Source: Chiloscyllium plagiosum (Eukaryota). From it: a stretch of DNA of 48,169 nucleotides. The stretch is from contig NC_057718.1 of NCBI RefSeq assembly GCF_004010195.1, positions 84,079,731 through 84,127,899 on the forward strand, given 5' to 3'. A model generated the notes under the pieces. The model did no database searches and was not told the DNA's origin. It saw only the letters and a list, made by a program, of their open reading frames with translations. The translations under genes and the position numbers were made by a program. The first letter of the stretch is position 1; each line of letters begins with the position of its first letter. Below, piece by piece: positions 1 to 13,100 of the stretch.

Positions 1-532
1 GTGCAGCCGCATCTGGAGTATTGTGTGCATTTTTGGTCGCCATATTATAGGAAGGATGTGGAGGCACTGGAACTGGTGCAGAAGATGTTTACCAGGATGT
101 TGCCTGGTATGGTAGGAAGATCATATGAGGAAAGGTTGAGGCACTTGGGGTTGTTTTCATTGGAGAAAAGAAGGTTTAGGGGTGACTTGATAGAGGTGTA
201 TAAGATGATTAGGGGTTTAGATAGGGTCGACAGTGAGAATCTTTTTCCACGTATGGAGTCAGCTATTACAAGGGGGCATAGCTTTAAATTAAGGGGTGGT
301 AGGTATAGGACAGATGTTAGGGATAGGTTCTTTACTCAGCGAGTCGTGAGTTCGTGGAATGCCCTGCCAGTAGCAGTGGTGGACTCTCCCTCATTATGGG
401 CATTTAAGCGGGCATTGGATAGGCATATGGAGGATAGTGGGCTAGTGTAGGTTAGGTGGGCTTGGATCGCCGCAACATCGAGGGCCGAAGGGCCTGTACT
501 GCGCTGAATTCTTCTATGTTCTATGTTCTATG
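1..532 (+). mobile_element. Young CR1 LINE 3' end (ORF2 C-terminus plus tail)
   Basis: Open frame 1-450 with PHLEYCVHFWSP, RGDLIEVYK and FFTQRVV CR1 motifs. (TTCTATG)n tail at ~510-532. Confidence 0.9.
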
Positions 533-2890
533 ACAACGTAAAAGCAAAAGCAACATAAATACATACAATGTAGTGACGATTGGAGGGAAGCCAGAGGATT
601 AGGAAGCCTTTAAAAAACCAGCAGAGGACAACTATAAAAGCATTTAAGGGGCAGAGAAGATGAAATATGAAAGTAAAGTAGCTAGTAATATGAAAGGAGA
701 TTGCAAGAGTTTTATTGATATGTAAAAGGTGAGAGAGAGGCAAGAGTGGACATTAGACCATTGGAAAAAGAGGCTGCAGAAGTAGTAATGGGAACAAGGA
801 AATAGCAGAGGAACTGAAGAGATACTTTGCATTAGTTTTTACACCAACAGCGTATCAGAACTTCAAGAGAGTTGGGGGCAAAGGTGGGTGTAGTAGCAAT
901 CACTAAGGGGGAGGTGTTGGGAAGCTGAAAGATCTGAAAGTGGATAAATCACTGGACCAGATGGACTACATCCTAGAATTCTGAAAGAGGTAGCTGAGGA
1001 GTTTGTAGTCATTGATGGTGATCTTTCTGAAATCATTGGAGTCAGGGAGGGTCCAAAATGACTGGAAAATACCTTATGTAATGCCACTGTTTAAGAAGGG
1101 AGGGAGGAGAAGACAGGAAACTATAAGCTGGTTAGCCTGACCATGGTCATTGGTAAAATATTAATGATGAGATTGCAAAGTATTTGCAAGTGGATGGTAA
1201 AACAGGGCTGAGTCAGCACAGCTGCCTCAAGGAGAATTCTTGCTTCACAAATTTGTTAGAATTCTTTGAGGAAGTAACAAGCAAGTTAGACCAAGGAGAG
1301 CCATTGGACATAATCTATTTGGATTTTCAGCAGGCCTTTGACAAGGTGCTGTACAGGAGGCTGCTTCATAAGATTAGAGTCATGGTGTTAGGGGCAAGAA
1401 AATGGCATGGATAAAGGATTGGCTGATTGGCAGAAGACAGAGAGTAGGGATAAAGATGTCTTTTTCAGACTGGCGGTCAGTGACAAGTGGAGTACTGCAA
1501 GGGTCTGAGTTGGGACCACAACTATTCATATTAAACATGAATGATCTGGATAGAGTCATACAGCATGGAAACAGAACTATTGGCCCAATTTGTCCCTTTC
1601 TGAACCAGCGCTATTTTCCTGCGTTTGGTCCTTATCTCCCTAAACCTTTTCTATCCGAATACCTGTCCAAATATCTTTTAAATGTTGTAATTGTACTCTA
1701 TCACTTCTTCTGGCAACTCATTCCATATATGCACCACCCTCTGTGCGAAAACGTTGCCCCTCAGGTCCCTTTTAAATCTTTCCCCTGCCACCTTAAATCC
1801 ATACCCTCTAGCTTTGGATTCCCCTACCCTGGGGAAAAGACCTTGGCTATTCACCTTACCTATGTCCCTCGTGATTTTATAAACCTCTATAAGGTTTAGA
1901 GTTATGCTCCAGGGGTAAAAGTCCCAGCCTATCCATGTAACTCAAACCCATCTCGGTATCATCCTTGTAAATCTTTTTTTGCACCACACCCATTTTAATA
2001 ACATCAGTCATTAAACTAAGTTTGCAGATAACAGAAAGACGGGTGGATGGGAGGACTGCAAAAAGACTTGGACAGGCTAAGAGAATGGGTAAAGAAGTGA
2101 CAGATGGAATATAATGTGGGAAAGTGAGAGGTTATGCATTTTGATAGGCAGAATAGAGGCATAAATTATTTTCTAAACAGGGAAATACTTCAGAAATCTA
2201 AAGCACAAATGGGCTTGGGAGTCCTAGTTCAGAATTCATTTAGGTTTAACATGCACGTTAATTTGATAGTTAGGAAGGCAAATGGAATGTTAGCATTCAT
2301 TTCAAGAGGGTTAATAATACAAGAGCAGAAATATACTGCTAAGGCTGTATAAAGCTCTGGTCAGACTGCATTTGGAATATTGTGAGTTGTTTTGGGCCTT
2401 GTACCTAAGGAAGGATGTACTGGCATTGGAGGGGGTCCAGAGGACGTTTACAAGAATAATCACAGGGATGAAGGGCTTGTCACATGAGAAGCTGTTGAGG
2501 ACTCTGGGTCTGTACTTGATCGAGTTTAGAAGAATGGGAAGAGATCTCACTGAAACTTACAGAATACCAAAAGACCTGGATAGCGTGGAATGCAGAAGGT
2601 GTTTTCACTAGTCAGTGAGACCAGGAACCGAAGTCATAGCCTCACAGTGAAGGGACAACCCTTTAGAACTGAGTTGAGGACAACTTTCTTCAGCCAGAGA
2701 ATGGTTAATCTGTGTAAATCATTGCTGCAGAAAGTTGAGGAGGCCAAGTCATGTGCCTAATAGGTTAAGATAGATAGGTTCTTGAATAGCAAGGGGATTA
2801 AGGGTTACAGAGAGAAGGCAAGAGAATGAGGTTGAGAAATATATCATGATTGAATGGCCTAATTCTGCTCCAATGTCTTAGGGTCTTATA
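533..2890 (+). mobile_element. Older CR1 LINE ORF2 remnant, interrupted by an antisense CR1 3' fragment at ~1551-2005
   Basis: Frameshifted motifs YLDFQQAFDKV, SGVLQGSELGP and EYCELFWALYLRKD. Confidence 0.85.
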
Positions 2891-4234
2891 GTTATGAAAA
2901 CTTGATCTTAACAAGGCCATTTGAAATTTGTGCTAGTTCAAACAGATCCATTTTCACTCTTCCAAGGGACATTTGTCCAAGCTCTTGTATTGCAGTAATC
3001 AGGACTGGGGCACAACAAATCAAACTTAGAAAGGGAATACCAATTTATACAGCAATGAGAAGAGGGGCTGCTTGGTTGGACCGTGGTTAACATAAGAATG
3101 CTGCAGAACAATTAACAGTCAGTTTTAGTTTGCTAATTATACTCAGACCAAGCAGGTACAACTTTATTGATGAGGGTGTTCACATTAAGGAATGCAGCAA
3201 GCATTGGCAGTCTCCATAACCCTCTCTTCAATGAAAAAGGTGCAACTTATGGAAGTTCTTTGTGCTTTCAAAGAGTAGGGTCGAAATATATGTAACTGAA
3301 ATAACATAAAAATGAATTACACTGCAAGGCCCAACTGATAATCTGAAAGTGATTTCCAATATATTTCTTAATACCATCAGGGTTACTTAGTAAATGTTGT
3401 CCAAAATCAGAGTCGCATCTAATGTTGGATGCAGTGTTCTAATGTTTGCAAACACAGGTTGGTTGAACATGGTTGGCATGGTTTCCATGTCAACATCAGA
3501 AACATGGAATATCCAACACTTCTGAAAGTTTGATGGTCCTCTCAGTCAAGTATGGCTAAATTATATAAAATGAGTTGTCGTGGCCTGAGAAAGATTATAA
3601 TTTTGATTATAAAGCAGTTCACGGCAAATTGACTGATCTGCTCTGTGGCTCTCTAGTATGGGCTGATAATATAGTTGATGAGAGTTATGATCATTTTCTC
3701 TGTGTTGTAAGAACTGTCCATGTCGTGGCCCTTGGCTCCAGAAACCTCCACATTACATGGCTGAAATAAAGCCTCTCAAAAAACTGTTGATAAAGTCTCA
3801 GGGAGTATGCCTACTGCCCGGATGTTATCATCTATGCATTCGATGGCCTATCACTTCTCTGACGCTGTCTGGTTAATTTACCTCTCTTTACAGTCTCTTG
3901 GTTCCTCTTCTTCCTCCTGCATTTATATCACAAAAGGTGTGATTTCATTGTACAGTCCCCAGCTACTAGCTCAGGAACACTTTTCAACTACTGCATCTTC
4001 CAAAACTATTGCAAAATGTAAGGAAGTGAGTAGAGATAAAAATAGAAACTTCAGTATCTGCAATAAATCCGAAGACATGACCAAAAGTACCTACAAGCAG
4101 TTTCAGTATGTAGCTAAATAGTTCTGCCCTGTGAACAGGCCTTGGCAGACTGTAGTTTGGAATGCATGAGAAGACAGCAATAACAAATTTAGAACATATG
4201 ATGTCGTCCTAGCGTAATGCTGAAAATCTCTGGT

Positions 4235-4438
4235 GTTTATGCATCATCAAGAATATGGTGCTGGAAAAGCACAGCATGAGAACTGATGGCCCGGGCATAA
4301 GCCCCCCCACCTGGCCATTCCTGATGAGGGGCTAGCGCCCGAGGCACCCCCCATCCCCGATGCCACCCAGCCTGCAGTGTCCCCCTGGCACAACACCCCC
4401 GAGTCTGGTCTCCAGTATCTGCAGTCCTCAATTTCTCC
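4235..4438. mobile_element. Penelope-type terminal-repeat hairpin fragment, AT->GC shifted
   Basis: Shares gtgctggaaaagcacagc, cataagccc, ctgatga.gggct and ctgcagtcctca with the copies at 30044-30235 and 39463-39565. Confidence 0.7.
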
Positions 4439-5659
4439 AAATGTTTATGCATGCTCAGGTACTTCAACAGATGGAGATGCAATGTACATTAGCCCTATCA
4501 GAAATTTCTAACTTGGTTGAAATGCAATGCTGAGCTCATCCATTCTAATAGAGTCAGCAATCAGGGAAGGAGCTCTAGCAGAATTTTATCAAACTTGGTC
4601 TACCTAGGCCAAATTAGTGGTCCAATCATAACTGATTCATCACCAGCCAAAGCTATAACATGGGTCTGTAAGTAACTTGCCCAGTGAGTAATGACAGTGA
4701 GCATTCTTATGTACATTTTAAAGATTTTGAAACAAGAAAAATCAAATTGTGAAGCTGCTTTTAATAAACTCTTGCTATGTAATTCTCAAATAAAAGCAAA
4801 ATGCTGTGCTGGAAATCTGAAATCCCCAGAACTGAAGACGATGCATTTCGGACCCAAAACGCCACTTTGCTTCCCTCTCCAAAGATGCCGCCAGACCCAC
4901 TGAGCCTCCCCAGCCCTCTCCGTATTCATTTATGACACGTAATTCTGTTTGGCAAAAACACAATTTAAAAATATTTTGGAGAGGTCTATTATAAACTAAT
5001 TTCCAATGTGGTTGCAGGTGTAGGCACTTATTTTAAGTTTAATCTTACAATACCGAAACACAAAGCTTAAGTGGCTGTCATGATTCATAGAAAGTTTCTC
5101 AGGAACAGAGCTCCTTTGCAGTTTCCTTTATTTGTTAGAGTCAACAGACTTGACTTGTTCTTTGATTGATAAGAGAAAAAAACCTGGTCATGGTTTAAAA
5201 CAGGATGTGAAACAACACAAAACAATAAATTTTTTGTAGAACAGATTGCTGCTGCACATAATTTTGAGCAAATTGTTGGGGTAATACCTTTCTAAACCTG
5301 TATACCTGACAACAGTATTGCTGTCTAATAGACAGTAAACTATTAGACAGCCACTAACTCCAATGTGCTGGCTTGAGGGTCTCTGATGAAATGAAAAATT
5401 GAGATTTCACAGACAGTTCTTACATTTTTAACAAATCATTTAAATAGACAGATTGAATCATTGGAAGAAAAAAGTAATCATCTAAGATTCCCATTTCCCT
5501 TCTGCTTTGAGGAAATCCATTAAAGAAAAACCTTTTTAGAATTAGTTAAGCAAACATTGTGATAGTACTTAACAGCTGGCTGTCACGTCTTTCATTCATG
5601 CTTGCTATTGTTTGTTTTTTTCAAACATTAACAATAGATTGTTTAAATATATCACTTAC

Positions 5660-5766
5660 TTTGTCATTTTTCCATTGGCCTGTGTATATTATACCATTGT
5701 GTGTTGTATGAGTTCCAAATCCATTTCTCTCTAGTGCACCATCTTCAGTCCTTGTGCATTCCCCAT
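5660..5766 (-). CDS. MORN2: MORN2 coding exon 4 (107 nt; DGECTRTEDGALERNGFGTHTTHNGIIYTGQWKNDK)
   Basis: Acceptor ttttatAG, donor GTAAGT, phase 1 in and phase 0 out. Encodes a MORN repeat (YTGQWKNDK) and closely resembles vertebrate MORN2. The head-to-head position with DHX57 is the known synteny. Confidence 0.93.
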
Positions 5767-6329
5767 CTATAAAATTATGTACAACAAATTGACTTGGCCA
5801 AAGTTCCCCAAGGTTGGAGAGAATACGTAATTGAATTGATGTATCAAACCTGGACAGTAAAACTCCAGCACTTGCAATATGAACTAAATCTTGAGATACT
5901 GAAATATAGAATCTAGCTTGCCTGCTCAGCTGGTTAAGGTGATGATTAACTATATAACAGAGAACAGGATCAGAATTGTAGCAGGTATAAGATGGAGGGA
6001 GGGGTAAGGAAATTGGATTTTGGTGCTTATGGAAGGGAATTAAGTAAGCAAGAAGTCTGACATGTCTGAAAACCCTAGATGTTGAAATTTATTAAGGTGC
6101 AATTATTTCCTAACATCTCACAGCATTACTGCTTTAATAGTTAAAGATTCACATGATATGCTGAGCAATGTGAATTTGCCAGGGTCAACACATGAGGGCA
6201 CAGGAGTGATTGATGGGTTTGTGAAACTGACATACTGGACATTATGTACTATCATGGTGGTCTAAACATTGTGTGAATCAATATTTATTAAACTTATGAA
6301 CTCAGTAACTTGCATTCACTTTTAAAGAC

Positions 6330-7632
6330 ACTGTGTATGTCCAAATAGATGGTGCTGCCATGGTTTCTCTGTGAGACTTGGTTCTCATAAATTTCTTTGT
6401 TGAATTCCATGAGAAATACGTCCTTGTGAAATGACAACTAGTTTCCTAACTATTTCTTATTTCTAGTATGTAGATGATATCTTTACTGTACTTGAATCTG
6501 TAACTGCACGTAAGAATTTCCTTATATGTCTTAATGGGCTCTGTCCTATGCTTGAATCCACCTTTGAAATGGAACAGTCAAATTAACTCCTTTTCATCGA
6601 AGTCCTGGTTGAGAAGTCAGCTAGGGGTTCTTTGTTACTGTGTACCTACTTTCACAGGCTATTCCTATCTTTTCACATGCTTAATGATTGGCCTAATGGC
6701 AATCTTATAAATAGTGCATGAGTCATTTGTTCACTGTATAAATGTGATACTGAAAAAGGGTGCATTAAGGCTATCTTGTGGGATAATGGCTCCTCAACTG
6801 AGATACTTCCTTGCTATGTATTGTGCAAACTAATGAAGGACCCAAGGGTAATCACTCTTGCTCCTGAAAAGTGACCAGTTTACCTCAGATTACCGTGCAA
6901 TAGTAAAATATATCAAAAATTTGAAAGACTTTTGCGCAGAAGCCACACAAATGGTATTCGCTGTTAACAGGATACTGCTATCTAGCCAAAAAGATGTTTT
7001 GTCTTTCACCCAATTAAATAATGTGGCATATGAATTTCAGTGCTGATGTGATGTCAGGTACGTAGGTTATACAACCTAAAGACTGGCGGATTGTGTCAAG
7101 CAGTACATCCCTTCAAATTTTTGGGGCTGCACAGTGGCTCAGTGGTTAGCACTGCTGCCTCACAGCACCAGGGTCCCAGGTTTGATTCAAGCCTTGGGTG
7201 ACTGTCTGTGTGGAGTTTGCACATTCTCCCCGTGTCTGCATGGGTTTCCTCCGGGTGCTCTGGTTTCCTCCCACAGTCTAAAGATGTGCAGGGCATGTGA
7301 ATTGGCCATGCTAAATTGCCCATAGTGTTGGGTGCATTAGTCAGAGGGGAAATGGGTCTGGGTGGGTTGTTCTTTGGAGAGTCTGTGTGGACTGGTTGGG
7401 CCAAAGGGTGAATGAGGTGAATTGGCCACACTGTAGGGAATATAATCTAATATAAGGTACTGACCATACCAAATCAGCTCAGGCTTAAAAAACTTGAAAC
7501 TCTGTGTCCAATATTAGATGTGATTCTGCAATTGGACAACATTTGCTGTATAATCCTGAGTATGCAAACCAATTTATGATTGTCAGTCAGGCTTGAAATG
7601 TGGTGCTGTTCGGTGTTTTGGAAGCTACATGT
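6330..7632 (+). mobile_element. Decayed Penelope-like element (RT plus GIY-YIG endonuclease), split by a SINE
   Basis: YVDDI at 6467. GIY-YIG-like 'NVAYEFQC*CDVRYVGYT' at 7020-7075. 'CDSAIGQHLL' follows the SINE. Stops and frameshifts throughout. Confidence 0.8.
7123..7451 (+). mobile_element. HE1-like V-SINE
   Basis: tRNA-like head (TGGCTCAGTGG A box, GGTTTGATTC B box), V-domain ctgtgtggagtttgcacattctcc, CR1-like tail. Confidence 0.9.
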
Positions 7633-7724
7633 ACGTTTTTAAAAATTCATTCATGGGATGTGGGTGTTACTGACTAGGCTGGTATTTATTATCCATCCCT
7701 AATTGCCTTAGAAGTCAATTAAGA

Positions 7725-8080
7725 GGGCAGCAAGGTGGTTCAGTCGTTAGCACTGCTGCCTCACAGTGCTAGGGACCCGGATTCGATTCCAGCCTCACGC
7801 AACTGTCTGTGTGGAGTTTGCACATTCTCCCTGTGTCTCCATGGGTTTCCTCCAGATGCTCCAGTTTCCTCCCACAGTCCAAAGATGTGCAGGTTAGGTG
7901 AATTGGCCATGCTAAATTGCTCATAGTGTGTAGGTAAGGTGCATAAGTCAAGGGTAAATATAGGATAATAGGGTATGGCAGTTGGTCTGGGTGGGTTACT
8001 CTTCGGAGGGTTGGTGTGGAATTGTTGGGCCAAAGGGCCAAAGGGCCTGTTTCCATACTACTTGATTATATTCTATTCTA
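7725..8080 (+). mobile_element. HE1-like V-SINE
   Basis: Same head, V-domain and tail as 7123-7451. Ends in a ttcta repeat. Confidence 0.9.
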
Positions 8081-8569
8081 GAGTCAACCACATTGTTGTG
8101 GTCAGAAGGCACAGACAGGTGAAACCAGATGAGGATGGCAGATTTCAGGTTAAACCACCACCAGTAAACTCTCTCTAATGAGTGGGACTATGGTGACCAT
8201 GCCTTTACTCCTAATACAGGTTATACAAATACAGAATCAGTTCCTCAACATAACTCAGCAGCTGCACATTAGGAGGGTAGGATCATCACAGCAGATTGTG
8301 CCACAACTGATCAATGCCATGTTTGCATTGTGTCAGCACTTTGCTACTGATGAGATCAACCAGATTGAGAAGGTTTTTGTGTATACTGCAGCAATGCATT
8401 CCCATAGGTACAGGAATAAATAGACTGCAGATATATATGGTAACCATTGCACCTTCAAATCAACCAATATCTGTCAACTGAAAGGGATCCTCAAGGTTCA
8501 ACTGGTAAGTGACCACTTGTTTATACAAGATATCCTGAAAACTGCCACAATTGTTTTATATCGTGAAGA

Positions 8570-9000
8570 AAAGGGGACTACTTGTGAGATCTTTCATGTA
8601 CGCCCAGACTTTCTTTCCCCACACCAGTGCCCTCAAAGCAGCTGTGTGAGGAAGAGATAGTCACACATCTCCTGCTTGAATGTGCCTTTGCAAAGGAAGT
8701 CTGGAGAGAGATGCAGTGATTTTTGTTGAGCTTCATCCCAAGCAACTCCGTAACACAGGATCTGTGTTCTACCTGCTGTATCCCGGGACAGACTTCAAAA
8801 TAAACAATAACTCTGCCTGGAAGGATATAAACTCATTGGTCTGCTTGAAACTTGTTGGTCTTCCAGTGCAAACAGTTGACCTCAACCAAGTGTTGCAGAC
8901 CGGCACATTCCAAGGTCCAGGGCTACGTTCCGAGGAACACACTAAAGCTTGGCACAGCAGCCACCAATGTGCAGTGAGGCAAGACTACTGACTGAGGTCT
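8570..9000 (+). mobile_element. Probable Tx1/L1-clade LINE 3' ORF2 fragment
   Basis: The decayed sequence tggtctgc..gaaacttgttggtcttccagtgc...cacattccaaggtccagg resembles, from memory, shark Tx1-like 3' ends. Confidence 0.5.
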
Positions 9001-9424
9001 TTCTGCCAAAGTACAATGGCGGTTCATTCAGTTGTCAGACCCTTCCAGTGCCTCAATGTATTTAAATATAGTCCTGCAGAAGTACAAAATGCCTTGGGTT
9101 TTATGGAACTGCAGTGAATGCCAAATTCCAGTGTTTATTTCTTCTTCATGTTCTTCAATATTTTGATCTCAACCACTTTCTGTGGCAGAGAATTGCACAG
9201 GTTCACCATTCTCTGGGTGAAGAAATGTCTCCTCATCTCAATCCTAAATGGCCTACCCCATATCCTTAGACTGTCCCTTAGTCCGGGACTCCCATATATC
9301 TGAAATCCTTCCTGAGTTCACATTGTCTCGTCCTGTTAGAATTTTATAGGTTTCTGTAAGATCACTCCCCATTCTTCTACACAACACTGAATATATAGCT
9401 AACCAATTCAAATTCCCTTCATAT

Positions 9425-10169
9425 TATTATGAAGGTGTAAAGGTGTTCTGTTCCTGTTCCTCTTTAAGAGAGAGAGGAAGCTAGCAAGGACTGACTGAAA
9501 GCATAGAGTGTTCTGAAAAGGGTAAAACTGTTAACATTTGGTCAAAACAAATAGCTGGAGTTGCGTTGCCATAAAACAAAAACAAATTCAAGTTCGACCA
9601 ATCATTTTAAATAGCCCCACATATCAAAATCCAACTGAATTTGAATTTAATGTTTTGATGACATCAAACCAATGAAATGATCTGATGTTTGGGGGTATAA
9701 AACCAGTTAGGGAAAACAGCTAGGGAGAGAACTGCCAAGAAAACGAACAAGTATAGACTGCTAGCCGAATAGTTCTCAGAAAGGTACCTGTTCATATGAA
9801 AGACCTGTGGAGCAGAATACTGAAGAAAAGATGACAGAGGAAAATCTACAGAGGAAGATACAAAGAGAAGATTCGACAGCTGACTGGTTTTGAAATTTAA
9901 GGTTTTTGTGTAAATCTTAATCAGGGTTTTTATCAGACCAGTATTGTAGAGTGGAAGGTAAAAGATAGGTTTAAGAGAACGGAGTTGTAAATAGTTGTTG
10001 GTTTTAATATTCTCTGTTGGACTTAAAGAATAAAACTGTTCATTTTTACTTTAAATGGTGACCTCTTCGATAGCTCTTTGCCTCTCAAAATTTACCAGAT
10101 TACAGCGCGAGGTGAGCTTTTCTGTGTGTAGGGTTTAAATTAACAGAGGGGTTTTCCTGTGTCATAACT
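9425..10169 (+). repeat. 5' LTR
   Basis: Direct repeat of 15025-16603 minus the insertions. TATAAAA at ~9696, AATAAA at ~10029. Confidence 0.9.
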
Positions 10170-13100
10170 GTTTGGGGGCTTTCATTTGGATAAATTTGAA
10201 CAAATTAAAAAGCCTAGTAGATTTAAACATCTGCGGGTTCGTGTCCAAGATCTTTGAATTAAATATAGGAGACAATTTGTTTAATTTTCGTTACTTGTGG
10301 TTGGTTAAATTAAAAGTGAGAAAATTGGTTTTTAAAATTGCTAAAGAGGTTCTGGGGTTTGAAGATGATTCTCAAATTTGCCAAGAAAGAAAAATGGAAA
10401 GAAAAAGGCCATACATTTTCTTTAAAATTAGCAAAGAAGTTAGATTTGGGTTGAACCAAGGACAAAAGGAAAGCTGAAATTGTAACGAAATTACTCAAAC
10501 ACTAAGATGTGTCAGAGAAACAGACAAATGCAGTAGAGGTAGAAAAACTTAAATTACAATTAAGGAAAATTGAGTTAGAAGATAAACAAAGGGGGAGAGA
10601 GAGAGAGAGAGAGGAAAAAGAGAGAAAGTTATTAGCTGACCAAAATGAGAGAGAGAGAAGAAAGGGAGAGAGAAAGAGCAAGACAAAGAGAAGAAAGGGA
10701 AAGAAAAGGGAGAAAAGGTTCCATAGCTAAGCAAAAAGAGTGAGAATTTGAATTTGAGAAGTTGTGACTTCGTCAACAAAGTCAAGCTAACAGGTTGGGG
10801 ATTAAAAGATAAGGTAGTGATAAATGCAAATACGTCAAATTTCTGCCACATTTTGATGAGAAAGATGTTGAAGCTTTCTTTATCTAATTTGAAAAATTGG
10901 CTAGGTCGATGCAGTGGTCTGAGGATTTATGGGTAATGCTAGTTCAGACTAAACTGATAGGAAGAACTAGTGAGGTATTTGCCGTGCTGTCAGATGTGGG
11001 ATCAAGAGATAATGAAGGTCAAACAGGGTATTTTAAGTGCTTATGAATTACTACCAGAAACATATAGACTGAGGTTCAGAAACATAAAGGAGGAAACAGG
11101 TCAGACTTATGTTGAGTTGAAAAGAATTAAACATAGTCATTTTGATAGATGGGTGTGAGTCTTAAAGATAGAGAAGACCTATAGAGAGGTTATTCTGCTG
11201 GAAGAGTTTAAAAACTCACTTCCAGAGATGATAATAATTCACGTAGAGAAACAGAAAGTTCAGGAAGTGGGAAGGGCAACATAATTAGCAGATGAATCCA
11301 TGTTGGTGCATAATACAAGCTTTCGGCCAGAATTTCATCCCGTGAGGGATAGAAATTGGGAAAAGGGGAGATCCTACACTACAAAACAAAGAGAACACTG
11401 GTAATTGTTCACCATATGTTAAAGAAGTCCAAAAGGATGGAACGGAGGTGAAAGGCCTCAGGTGTTTTCACTGTAATGGAGTGAGAGACAGAAAATTACA
11501 GTGCCGGTGGTTTCAGAATGGCACTGGGAAAAGGTGTTTTCACTGCTAGAAGGTGGGACATGTAAAGTCACAGTACTGGCCGTTAAAGAAAGGCAGTGTG
11601 GGAAAAGATGTGGTAAAAGAAGCTAAGCCAGTGGTATTAGTGAAGGTAGTAAAGGAAGCCTCAAAAAGAGCCAAGGAGCTGGAGGAGAGTGTACTGCTAG
11701 GCATGGCTGGGTATAGAGTTAGTACCTGATCTCTCCAAAGGATTCGCCTCATGGGTAAAGTTTACTCAGAAAGAATAGGGGGAGATGGGCAAGAAGTTAT
11801 AATTTTGAGAGATACAGGAACTAACCAGTCTCTAATAATAAGAGATGAGCGAATGTGCACTCTTTCTGATCTGTTACCTGAGAGTGTGGTAATTTGTGGG
11901 ATAGATGGACAGAAATTTAGCGTTCCCCTATATAAGATCAGGTTGGAGTGCCAACTCAAGACTGGGGAAGTAACAGTGGGAGTGATTGACAGAGTGTCAG
12001 TTCCAGGAATTCAGTTTGTTCTTGGGAATGATTTAGCAGGATCCAAGGTGGAAGTGACAGCTCTTGTTGTGGAGAAGTCCAAGAAACTGGCGAGTTAAAA
12101 CAGAAATATCCTGGTATTTTCCCAGACTGTGTGGTAACTGTATCCCACTATCATAAGTCACAGCATGAAGCAAAAACTAAAGAGGAAGATGAAGGAGTTG
12201 AGGTTCAGTTAGAGGACATCCTGTTTGACATAATGGTGCACGAAAAACCTGAACAGGCAGAGGGTCAGACAGAAGTGTTTAGTCCTGAAAGTTTAAGGAA
12301 TTTGCACAGAAAGACAAGACAATAAAAAGATATATATGTGGATGCATACTCTGAAAAGGAAGCAGAGAATATTCCTGAGGGTTATTATCTGAAATATAGA
12401 ATCCTAAAGCAATAATGGAGACCACGGCAGAGGAGAAATGGGCTGATTGTGTTACCGGTAGCATACAGACAGGACATGTTATGGGTAGCACATGAACTAG
12501 GCGTAGGAGGTCACCTCGGGATACAAAAGACTCAGGCTAAGGTATGAAAACATTTTCACTGGCCTGGAACACACAAGGATGTGGTTAACTTTTGTGGTAC
12601 ATGTCAGACATGCCAAATAGTAGGTAAGCCACAGGCGGTAATAAAACCAGCACCATTGTTGCCAATTTCTGCTCTCAAAGAACCTTTAACTTGGGTTATA
12701 TTTGATTATGTAGCTCCCCTCCCAAGAACTAAAAGTGGGAACCATACTTGTTAACCATAATGGATATGTCTACCAGATTTCCAGAGGCAATTCCATTACA
12801 GAGTATTAAGGCAAAAAGGGTGGTAGAGGAATTAATAGCTTTCTTTACATGGTATGGACTAGCCAGAGAGATTCAGTCAGACCAAAGGTCTAATTTTACT
12901 CCTAGGCTGTTTAAGGAGGTCATGGATAGCTGAGGTATACAGCACTTTAAATCAAGTTTGTATCATCCTGAATCCCAGGGAGCTTTTGAAAGGCGGCATT
13001 AGACTTTGAAGACCATGTTGAGAGCATACTGTCAGGATTACCCAAATGATTGGGATAAAGGTATCCCATTCATATTGTTTGCCATTAGAGATTTCCCAAA

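Noticed and set aside
1..5600. Next MORN2 exon (MNG...)
   Set aside because: I searched the minus strand by eye and did not find it; it is presumably left of the window.
7096..8056. Recurrent 'WPIHLTCTSLDCGRKPEH' ORFs (also at 15940, 32198, 42672)
   Set aside because: These are translations of non-coding HE1-like SINEs.
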